Positions 32,235 to 41,964 of a stretch of 44,567 bases of DNA are shown here, in pieces (position 1 is the stretch's first letter; each line of letters starts with the position of its first letter). The DNA is from Piedraia hortae CBS 480.64 (lineage: Eukaryota): assembly GCA_010093745.1 (NCBI GenBank), contig MU005957.1:682001-726567 (forward strand), read 5' to 3'. The position numbers and the translations under genes are program-made. Under the pieces are notes generated by a model. The model made no database searches. It was not told where the DNA came from and was given only the letters and a program-made list of their open reading frames with translations.

Positions 32235-33378
32235 TCATTCTTCAGCCAAATCAGGTACAGCGATGCTATATCTTAATTGCACCCAATCCCACTTGGACGT
32301 ATTCGGTAAAAATTCCATGTCATAGCACAAGTCGTCTGCAAGTGTTGCCCAATCTTGCCATCCACCGAACCCGGGCTCAACACGGTGTAGAATCCAGCAC
32401 AGTGCACTCGTCAGTGCATTGCGAAGCGGGTAATCATCAGCCATCAATTCCCAAGCCCAGATCATCTCCTTGTATATGCTAGACAAGGCCACGGCGCGAC
32501 CCGTCCAATCACCCATCGTCGTTACAGAGGCAAATTCGTCAACCGTCTCCTCACTTTCTTTCTGTTCGTGCTCCAGCGCGTAGTATTTCCCCAAAGATTC
32601 TAGGCACATGGCGAGGTCTATAGTCTTTAGATGCTTGTGGCGGCTGTGGAGAAGAAGATGGAACAGGATTTTGGCGCCGACCCTTATCTCTGCGGTGAAA
32701 GATGCTCGCCGCATCCCCTGCGCTACTTCATTTCGAATTTTATAGTGGAACAAGAATGCCAGTCCGATATATCGACAGTAGGAGAGGATGGCGGAGCATG
32801 CTTCTGAAAACATGCCCTCGACTTTGAGAAACTTCAATAGGTCTCCGATGAGGTATCTGCGTTGATTACTTGGTATGACTGGTGGTGACATATTACTGTT
32901 GAAAATCGCCTTTAACGTCCCGGTCAACAAGCCTCCGAGAATGTCAACACAGTGAGGATGCTGTATCAAAACTCCAACAGCGTAGCGGACCAACTCAGGA
33001 TATCTTTGTGCGGATTCAAGGAAACGCAATTTGTTTTTTTGTACTGAATGCGGCGATCGCAGTCACAAGGGTGAGCATGTTTGCGAGACCCTCTCGGGTA
33101 AATGTTTTGCAAGATACCAGATCCACAAGGATATCCGAGGACAGAATGGACGCGATCGAATCAGTCTTCTTGCGAACCAGATCATTTAATAGTCCAGTGA
33201 GGATCTCTTGTTGAGGCGTTATTGGATCCGAAGCAACCACGAGAAAGGAAAGGTACTGAGCCAGCCCACCAGTATTCATGAACTCATCTGCAGAGCTTAT
33301 TGACAGTGGCCAGGATGAATCTTGCCGCGCAGCCTCTATAAATATATGCTGGTCGTCATGCCATGCAAAGCCTACCAT
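32235..33378 (-). pseudogene. Orphan alpha-helical ORF split by a +1 frameshift (about 380 aa if corrected)
   Basis: ORFs 33016-33528 (first ATG 33378) and 32235-33029 overlap at an A7 run (33034-33040). Removing one A fuses them. No recognisable family. Confidence 0.55.
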
Positions 33379-33524
33379 GTTCACTGTCGTGAGAATCCTT
33401 GCCCGTATGTTCAACTTCTTATTGGTGATCGTGCGGTGCACTTGGGTTGGAGAGTGAAGAAACCAATGCGGCTGTGATACGTTTCGATCAGGCAGTTTCC
33501 ATTCAGTACTACAGTAGTTGTAGC

Positions 33525-33781
33525 CCACTTGTAGTAACCATGCTTCCTGTTCTTCAAATTTTATGGTCAGTCATGTCATTATAGGCAAGGGTGTCCTCGT
33601 TCTGATTCAATTCAGGACCGCGATGGTGCCTTTTAACGGTGCATTCTTACTTTAGATTGCCTACCTGTCACATTACCACCAGACAACGGATACGCTCGAA
33701 CGCTCAGAAAAACCGCATCATCATTCCTCATCATATTTCTGCAGCCTCGCCCTGACATCCCGTTGGAGGCCTTTGGCTTCT
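33525..33781 (-). repeat. CDC23 3' end and UTR; copy B of the direct repeat
   Basis: Partner of 31940-32185. Carries a ~20-nt extra segment near 33634-33653. Confidence 0.92.
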
Positions 33782-35625
33782 TCGACTTCGATCCCATCCT
33801 GGCATAATTCGTTGCAGAGTTCGAGGCATTTCGACCACTCTCGTTCATGAAAGTACCACTTTGCAAGCCACAGACGGGCACGACTCGTTATTTGAGTGAC
33901 GCCCAAGCCCTCTTCGTCGTCCGCACCCTCTTCCTGTGCTAGTGTAAGTTTCATGTAGGAAGCGGCCTCGTGCCAGACACCTTGTCGCTCGTATAGACAT
34001 GCCAAGTCGTAGAGGATCTGTGGATCCAACGCTCCTCCAACTGCTTGTGACATTGGATCAGAGCCGAATGAAGACCCCGTGTCGGACAACATACTTCCAA
34101 CCATTACGGCTCGTTTATACGCTTGTATTGCGTTATCGAGCTTGTTGCACTTTGCATATGCATTGCCTACGGCTGCCCACATCTTGGGATCGCTCGGGCA
34201 TAAGCCTGCAGCGCGCTGGTAGTAGAAGAGGCTGTAGCTATGACATTCGAGCATCTCGTACCCCTGGCCTAGCCCGTACCAAGCGCGGTAGTCGCGTCTC
34301 TCAGCATCGACAGCACGTCTGTAGGACTCGATTGCCGCCTGGGTATTCTTCAGCTCAATGTATTCATGTCCCATCAGCGTCCATGCTGCCTGAAAATTGC
34401 GATCCAGAGCCAGTGCTCGACGGAAATGAAGCACAGCCTTTTCGTGCTCAGACACGAGCGAATAGTAGTTACCTAAAATGCAGTTTGTTTCGGGACGGAA
34501 GCGGTCAGTCTCACTCGCCATTCCCGCAAGAGACGCAAGCTTCGGCCGATGTGGAATAACGTAGAGGAGGTTACTATACGCCTCGAGTCCTTCTAGCCTA
34601 AAAGGGTGGTCCAGAATAAGGCTCTCAAACATTTGTGATGCCGCCTCGTGGTCTCTAGCATGGTAGTGCAGCAAAGCCTTTTGTTGCAGTAGCCAGGCCG
34701 ATTTGGGGAAAATGATTTCGGACTGATTGATGAGTTTGAGCGTCTCGAGATTGTGATGGTGGATTTCAATTTTACAGTGGATGCTCCACAGCACAGCCAT
34801 GATGCTGGGCCGCAGTGCGTTGTGCACCTGGACTAATTTCTCTGCAGAGTCAGTGAGGGACGCCAGTTCCAGCCACGCAGACCAATTAAATGGTTGCAGG
34901 TTGACAGCGCGAAGTAACCACGTCCGTGCCACGTCATCCGACTTTGTGCGCAGAAAGACGATGCCACAGAGATAGTCTAGCCACCCCTGGGAGTTGGTGG
35001 GATTGTCCAATCCCCCGCGTTCGGCAAAGTATTCTTCCAGAATGCTTAGAATGCCAGGAATCTCCTTGTTGGTCGTGGCAGGTCCGTCATAGGGCCCAAG
35101 AATGGTCTCGGATTCCTCGTTCTTTCGCTTCTCGCCAGCCATATATCGTGCGTAGAGTGCCAGAAACAAACTCTTCTGGCTGAGCTTTGGCAGCTTTCTG
35201 GGTCTTGCTGACACTCGTTCGGGGGTAGGAGCATTTGGAACTGGGGTCATATGAGGGATCTTTGTTGGCAGAAATACAGCTGCACAACGGTCAAACTCCC
35301 GCACGTCAAAGAGAGCCTTGGCCAAGGCATAGCGATCCGCTTCCCGGGCTTCTAGAAGCGCCTCCTTCTTGTCGGGATTGGAAGGCACAGCAACGGGCGG
35401 CTCTTCCACATCCTCGTCAATGTCAGTGTCATCCATATCGACTACAGGAGGCGTCTTCATCGAGTTTAGCAGCTCAGCGATCCTACAGCGGTCAGAGTAG
35501 GGGAATTCTCACAATTTGTTCACTCACCATGCTGCTGCACGGTACAGGCAGCGCTCGCTACAAGCAGCTACAGCCTGACGCAGCTGCGCCTGCAGCTTTT
35601 GCTGTTCATGGACTGGGAGAGCCAT
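33721..35625 (-). CDS. CDC23: Anaphase-promoting complex subunit Cdc23/APC8, 2 exons
   Basis: Exon 1 [19 protein letters not shown], intron 35483-35527, then [10 protein letters not shown] and the TPR motifs [23 protein letters not shown] and [13 protein letters not shown]. Confidence 0.97.
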
Positions 35626-35648
35626 TTTCCATCCAATTTGCGTGCAAA

Positions 35649-35736
35649 CGCGTTTCGCGTTTCGCGTCTCGCGTCGCCCTACGTCACCATGCGTCACCAC
35701 CATCGTCAAGCTCCGCAGCCCCGCGTCAAGCTCCGC
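35649..35736. promoter_or_regulatory. MCB/SCB-like CGCG array in the 137-bp CDC23/ERG20 divergent promoter
   Basis: ACGCGTTTCGCGTTTCGCGTCTCGCGTC contains ACGCGT and TTTCGCG twice. A direct repeat CGTCAAGCTCCGC lies at 35704 and 35724. Confidence 0.5.
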
Positions 35737-35762
35737 GGTTGCATCATGTTACATCCCGCGCA

Positions 35763-36800
35763 ATGACAGCCACACGCCAAGAATTCGAAGAAAATTTTCC
35801 GCGAATTGTCGGCGAACTCAAGGAGTGCTGCAAAACCTACAACTTGCCCGAACAAGCTCTAGCTTGGTTTGACAAGTCCCTATATCACAATGCCCTTGGT
35901 GGCAAGTATAACCGTGGTCTGTCAGTCGTTGACACCACAAAGTTGTTGCTGGAGCGTGACCTGAGCGAGGATGACGCTTACCGTGTATATCTACTCGGAT
36001 GGATGGTTGAGCTTTTGCAGGCCTTTTTCCTCGTGGCCGATGACATAATGGATGAGTCCAAAACTCGTCGTGGACAGCCTTGCTGGTACCGTATGCCTCG
36101 TGTGGGCATGGTGGCCATCAATGATGCTTTCATACTGGAATCAGCCATATATCTTCTCCTGCGCAAGCACTTTCGTCAAGCAAAATACTACATTGACCTG
36201 ATTGAGCTCTTCCATGAGACTACTTTTCAAACCGAACTTGGTCAGGCTTGTGATCTTCTAACTGCTCCCGAAGGCCACGTTGATCTTGACAATTTCAGCT
36301 TGGAAAAGTACACGTTCATTGTCATATACAAGACGGCGTACTACAGCTTCTATCTGCCCGTGGCCTTGGCACTGTACTATTGCGACCTTGCAACTCCCAA
36401 GAATCTGCAACAGGCACAGGATATTCTAATTCCAATGGGAGAGTACTTCCAAGTCCAGGACGACTACCTGGACAACTTTGCCGACCCATCCGTTTTGGGC
36501 AAGATTGGAACCGACATTCAGGACAATAAGTGTTCATGGCTGATCAATCAGGCTTTGAAATCATGTAATAGCGAACAGCGGAAGATACTAAACGAGAATT
36601 ATGGGAGAAAGGATGCTGAATGTGAGAAGAGGGTCAAGGCTGTTTTTGACGAGTTAGACCTAGAGGGAAAATACAAGTCCTTCGAAGAAGAGCGTGTGGG
36701 AGAGTTGAAGAAGAAGATCAGCCAACTGGACGAAAGTCAGGGCCTGAAGAAGGGTGTTTTCGACGAATTTCTTAAGAAGATATATCAGCGCAGCAAATAG
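35763..36800 (+). CDS. ERG20: Farnesyl diphosphate synthase
   Basis: [50 protein letters not shown] and [14 protein letters not shown]. True start MTATRQ at 35763. Confidence 0.97.
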   Translation: MTATRQEFEENFPRIVGELKECCKTYNLPEQALAWFDKSLYHNALGGKYNRGLSVVDTTKLLLERDLSEDDAYRVYLLGWMVELLQAFFLVADDIMDESKTRRGQPCWYRMPRVGMVAINDAFILESAIYLLLRKHFRQAKYYIDLIELFHETTFQTELGQACDLLTAPEGHVDLDNFSLEKYTFIVIYKTAYYSFYLPVALALYYCDLATPKNLQQAQDILIPMGEYFQVQDDYLDNFADPSVLGKIGTDIQDNKCSWLINQALKSCNSEQRKILNENYGRKDAECEKRVKAVFDELDLEGKYKSFEEERVGELKKKISQLDESQGLKKGVFDEFLKKIYQRSK

Positions 36801-36804
36801 ATGA

Positions 36805-37610
36805 TCACCACACAAACGGCACAAACTTGTATGGTACAACCTGTTTGTGCCAATTAGACTTCTCACCGTACTACTACCATCAGCAATGCTCACCTTAAAA
36901 TGCGCACAACATACCTTCTCCTTCATATATCTTTGCAAAATTGGAATTCCACGCCAATTAAAGTCATAGACGAAGAACCCAGCCACAATTGCACTCCATA
37001 GGCCTCCTCCCCCTGCCAGTGTGTACCCTGAACGCCAGAGTGTATAGCCAAAGTAGTTTATATGCCGCGAGAGAGAAAAGAGCCCCCGTGCGTAGACCTG
37101 GCCCCGGTTCTCCGTCTTGGCCTTCCACGCTGCACGTTGAACCTCTGAAAGCCACTCAAAAACGATACCCACAGCGAAAAGAATCGATCCCAATGCTACC
37201 CGTACGGGAACCAATTTTGACCCCAAAGCTAGCCATATACTATGTTTTCTGCTCTTTCTCAAAAACAACAACGAATTCATCGAGTTTAGAAGAAAGTTGA
37301 CCGCCCCAATAATGGCCGCAGCACGAGGAGTCATATCCTCTTGCATTACGAAGAGCATGTGGTAGTTTTGCTTCAGCATGCTGATGACTGACATTGCTAA
37401 CAGAATGGAGCGGCCTGTTATCAAAGATGTCCTTTCTTTGGGCTCAAAGTCCGAATTGTCTTCGACAGACCTGCTAGGCCCATACAGCAAAGCATACTGG
37501 ATGAAGGGATCTGCAAGGCGCAATGTGACAAAGGTCGCTATTCCAGACATTGTACGCTGTTTAACCCCCCTGGATATCATGTCCACGCCCTTCCGGGGAG
37601 CTTGAGTCAT
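36805..37610 (-). CDS. DUF1295 / steroid 5-alpha-reductase-like membrane protein, 2 exons
   Basis: EWLSEVQR, GLFSLSRHINYFGY and GIPILQRYMKEK|YGEK...VPYKFVPFVW*. Intron 36871-36914. Confidence 0.85.
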
Positions 37611-37956
37611 GCTTTGTTGTATAGACGGCGTAAGCTGCGGGTGTTGGTATTCCGTTAAGCCTCTCAGCCATGACGTGCGTGGGCGCAGCCTCGGTTGTGT
37701 ATCGTTGCACAAAGTTCTTTCTGCAACGGATTGCTACTCTCTCATGCCTCGAATGTCGCCATGAGAAGTGAATGATACGATGATCAATCATGGATGAGAT
37801 ATCATGGTACTGTAAGAGAATTGCAGCATCATTCCACAACGCTGCTGACGACATCCGTTGGAGCCACTTGAGGCATCCATGGAACCGAGCGATGACATCA
37901 GTGCGACCACAGTCTCAAGTCAAAGGTATGTATTTCATTGTTTCGTCATCATTTGC

Positions 37957-38075
37957 ACGTACGGCCATAGGTTGCAGAGAACAGAGGATCCCGTCCGCTC
38001 TCCTGAACTTAAGCTGCAAACCGGTGGATTAGTACTACGGTGGGTGACCACGTGGGAATACCCGCTGCTGTACGT
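37957..38075 (+). rRNA. Dispersed 5S rRNA gene
   Basis: ACGTACGGCCATAG...GATCCCGTCCGCTC...AACTTAAGC...TTAGTACT...GGTGGGTGACCAC...GAATAC...GCTGTACGT, 119 nt with pairing ends, followed by a TTTTCTTTTTT Pol III terminator. Confidence 0.96.
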
Positions 38076-38398
38076 TTTCTTTTTTGCAATTTTGCCATTT
38101 CTGGGTTCGTTGACAGCCTTTAAAGTTGGTGCAGTAGGCGTGGAGGTCGAGGTGGACGATGTGAACATTGGGGAGTCGAACATTTACTGAACTGAGAAGA
38201 AGAAGGGCAGTTCTCTTGCATTTATCTGGTCTATTTATATTGTTCCCGAACTTTGTTGTATAATAGAGTACTCTATGTATGCGCGGTAGCGAACATGTGC
38301 TGTGCGCCGTTGCCGAGGCACGGAGACCCGAGGGACACCCATGGCTTTAGGAGTCTCTTGCTTAAAGCACCTCTCAACACAACACAACACTCATCAAA

Positions 38399-39546
38399 AT
38401 GCCGTTTGACACTGCTCTGACACGCAAACTTGGGATCCATGTGCCTGTGGTACAGGGTGGTATGCAATGGGTCGGTTATGCCGAGTTGGCAGCTGCAGTT
38501 TCCAATGCAGGTGGGCTGGGTATCATCACTGCCTTAACCCAACCTACTCCAGAGGACCTGCGACGTGAAATTCGACGATGTAAGCAGATGACAGACAAGC
38601 CCTTTGGGGTCAATCTGACGCTTCTGCCGGCCATGGTCCCACCGAATTATGATGCATATGCAGGCGTCCTTCTGGAAGAAGGGATCCGCATTGTCGAGAC
38701 TGCGGGAAATAACCCGGGTCCGATGATCAAGCTCCTCAAAGGAGCTACGCCGCCATGTGTTATTATTCACAAGTGCACCAGCATTCGCCATGCACAGAGT
38801 GCCGTTGGCATGGGAGTTGACTTCTTGTCCATTGATGGCTTCGAATGTGCAGGACACGTTGGTGAAACCGACATCACAAATTTCATCCTCCTCAGCAAAG
38901 CGAGGCAGGTTCTCAAAGTCCCTTTCATCGCTTCAGGCGGGTTTGCCGATGGTCAGGGTTTGGCAGCTGCTTTGAGCTTGGGTGCGGAGGGCATCAATAT
39001 GGGAACTCGCTTCATGTGCACTGTCGAAGCTCCAATCCATGAGAATATCAAAAAGGCTATTGTGGATGCGCAAGAAACTGATACCGAACTTGTGTTGCGT
39101 CGCTGGAGGAATACCAATCGTCTCTTCAAGAACAAAGCCTCCATGGGCGCCATCAAGGTTGAGCGCGAAAGCACCACGGGCAAGTTCGAGGAAGTTGCTC
39201 CCTACGTAAGCGGAAAACGTGGTCGTCAGGTTTTCTTGAATGGCGACAAAGATTATGGCGTAAGTGCTCTGTCTGGTTTTCTAGATGTGTTCTGACGGAA
39301 TAGGTTTGGACTGCTGGCCAAGTCATCGGGCTCATTCACGATATCCCAACCTGTGCAGATCTTCTAACCCGCATGGAGCGGGAAGCTGCCGAAACTCTCA
39401 AGCAGAGACTTAATCTTTTTGTGGAAAGCCCTCCCCGGCCTGGCCAAATTGCGGGAAAGCCAGCGGGTGATACTTCATCTAAACCCAGTGGGAACAAGGT
39501 TCCAGGTGAGGCGCAGATCTATGACATTGGTAAGAGCAAGCTATAG
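38399..39546 (+). CDS. Nitronate monooxygenase / 2-nitropropane dioxygenase family FMN enzyme, 2 exons, ends in PTS1 SKL
   Basis: PVVQGGMQWV, AVSNAGGLG, DGFECAGH, ASGGFADG and GINMGTRF. Intron 39260-39303 leads to VWTAGQVIGLIHDIP...GKSKL*. Confidence 0.93.
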
Positions 39547-39601
39547 TGTTGTGAAGATCCTTAGTTCATAATTCTGTTATAAATACAATACACGTTCAGA
39601 A

Positions 39602-40866
39602 TCAATTGCCATCCTTTCTCCTCTTCCTAACCATGCTTGCATCAAGAACGTTAACTTCCTTTCGTTTCCTGTTATTCTGGTCTCTGGCACCCTCCATTGC
39701 AGCACACCCTTCAACCTCAGCCTGGAAATCTTCTCCTTCAGGCAATCCAGACATTGTACAAACCTCAGCAGCCCACTTCCGCGTCGACTGTGTCGCAATC
39801 TCGGCGTTTGCAAAATCAAGAGTAAGAAGTGTCTGGATAGCCTTATCATACTTTTCTCTAGACAAAACAAGTGCATGATCGGGTCCCTTTTCCTCTGCAG
39901 CAGGCACTTTGACGCGTGGCTGTCGCGGGATAATTGGTCCCTTCCGAGGTTCTCGCCTCATTTTCTTCTTCTGAGACGACTTTCTATCTGTCTCACTGGG
40001 CTGCGGAGTCGCTTCCAATGCCAAGTGAGGGGTATAAAGAACCCAAATGAAACCCACCATTCGTCCTGAGGAGCATTCCTGGCGAAACTCCATTGCAGTC
40101 CAAAACTGATCCAACGAGCGAATATTAGCCCACTGACCGTTCCGCTTCTTCGAGGGACTCCCCTCCAGAAGCCCAACCTCATCATCCAAATCCTGCATGA
40201 ACCTCGCCTTCGGATCATCCGGAAATCTCGGCAAAAGACACCTTATGGGAACATCATCCCTCCCCAAAACCTCCACCAAAGGATACCCAGGCTGCCAGCT
40301 CGTACTCCCAAGTGGGTAAAACTGCCTCAGCTCATGCGCCGAATACCCGGGCACAGTCATGAAACATCTCCTCTCTGCGTTAGCGGAGATCACCGAATCC
40401 AAAACCCTAGCCCACCACCTAATCAACTGTCTATCGTCAAGAATATGTTTCTCCTCACACTCCGACGACCCAGCAAAAAGATACTGCGGCTGAGCACGAG
40501 CAAACAGCGAAACAACAACCCTCCTCCTCCCATCTTGCAGCATAACCAACCACTGCAAAAACGCAGACGCAACAGCTCGAGCCGAAAACCTCGGCGAAGA
40601 GACAGGCACGAAACCTGTAGAGTCAGCTTTACTGACAAACACAATCGTCACCGAAACGGTGGTGTAAATGAAAACCTCAATCCCAAGAGCCAAGATCCCT
40701 CCAAAACCAAGTGAGAGGAAATGCGCCTCCATACGTGTCTTCTCGCCTGCTTCCCCCGGCGCGGGTGAAAATAGCGGCGCACATGGTCGTACAGGGGAGT
40801 ATAGATACCGAAATGTGCCTTGCAGACCAGACGGGATGGCTCCCTCCAGTGCTGCTTTAAGGTCCA
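39602..40866 (-). CDS. RTT109: Histone H3K56 acetyltransferase Rtt109
   Basis: GIEVFIY, VFVSKADSTG, SLFARAQPQYLF, KHILDDRQLIRWW, PRFPDDPKARF and FWTAMEFRQECSSGR. Start taken at MDLKAAL (40866). Confidence 0.93.
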
Positions 40867-40976
40867 TGGGGGGGAGGTCTGGTGACGAATTAGGTTTAGC
40901 ATTGGAATATAACCTGTTTAGGGTTAGGAATGCTACAGACGTCGGGCAATCTACTAAGCAGGAACAGCAGCACGAC

Positions 40977-41768
40977 ATGGCACCGTCAAGAGCACTGAGT
41001 TTTTTATCGATACGAAGTTTTGCTGTGCGCGGGAATGTCTGTGGTTATTCCACCACAATGGTCGACGCGCCAAGATGGAAGCAAACGCCCCCCGCCATGA
41101 AGATGCCCTTTCGCTTGCGCCCGGTTCCGGACCAGCCGGAGTGGAAAGTCAATGGGGATATGGAAACACTGGATCAGTGGTATGATGAGTTTTTGAGAAG
41201 GGTGGTTTCGCCCCCGCAGCGTGGAAGGGATATCCTACCTGAGGAGATTAAGGTATTTTTCTTCCTTCCCTTCGGGGAAGCAGGAGGCTGACGGGGATGA
41301 TAGTGGTTGGCGATCACGCACAAGTCTTTTGATCATGGAAGGAGAGGGTTCAATGAACGCCTTGCTTACCTTGGCAAGAGGTTTGTTGATCTTCAGGTTT
41401 CGCTTGCATTGCTTAAAGTGCCTGCTTCGAAAGTGGCGGGTGCTGTTGCTGGACTTGGTGGTCTAGAGGATGTGGAGCCGGCACCGGGTGCTTTTCAGCA
41501 TGGGGATCTTAAAAGGTTGGAAAATGTCAGTAAACGGAGATTGATCACGTCTCCGCGCAACTCATCCAGACTGGCGAGGGAGTATAGAATGCAGGAGATC
41601 ATAAGATGGAAGCCGATGAGAACTGATAAGCTGCGGACAAGCGGTGAAGATACGGTCTTGGCGAGTTCGCTGTACGGCGTTGTTGGTGCTATCACTTTGC
41701 ATTGTGGGGCTTCGTTCGCGGAAAAAGTAGTCCGCGATAGACTTCTTTCGCGTTGGCGGCTTAGTTGA
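40977..41768 (+). CDS. MRPL15: Mitochondrial ribosomal protein mL57 (RNase III-like), 2 exons
   Basis: Presequence, PRWKQTPPAM, LPEEIK|WLAITHKSFDHGRRGFNERLAYLGKR, IRWKP and SLYGVVGAITL. Intron 41253-41303. Confidence 0.88.
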
Positions 41769-41964
41769 AAGGAGTCCATGGAAAACGTGTAAAAATACAA
41801 AAAATGTGTGGGATAGAGGCCCAGTTAATTCTACAAGGACTTAACCCACTACTGAAATATATACCATATGTCATTCCACATTAGCATAAAACTTTTCAAG
41901 CAGGGCAGATCATTAGCCATTTTTCAGACACTTTCATTACCGAATCTCAATCACTAACATCAAA

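Noticed and set aside
31940..33781. Direct repeats as LTRs of a retroelement
   Set aside because: The repeats are host CDC23 sequence. There are no TG...CA termini, PBS/PPT or gag/pol motifs.
35235..35762. 176-aa N-terminal extension of the ERG20 ORF in the ORF track
   Set aside because: Starts at TTG and is antisense to CDC23 exons and the promoter. FPP synthase homology begins at the ATG at 35763.
36660..36804. Apparent CDS overlap between the DUF1295 ORF and ERG20
   Set aside because: Artefact of reading through the 36871-36914 intron. The spliced product stops at 36805.
40890..40928. Telomere-like TTAGGGTTAGG (and TTAGGTTTAG); considered as telomerase RNA template or interstitial telomere
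   Set aside because: Under two repeat units inside a 110-bp divergent promoter, with no room for a kb-scale telomerase RNA. At most a Tbf1-type site.
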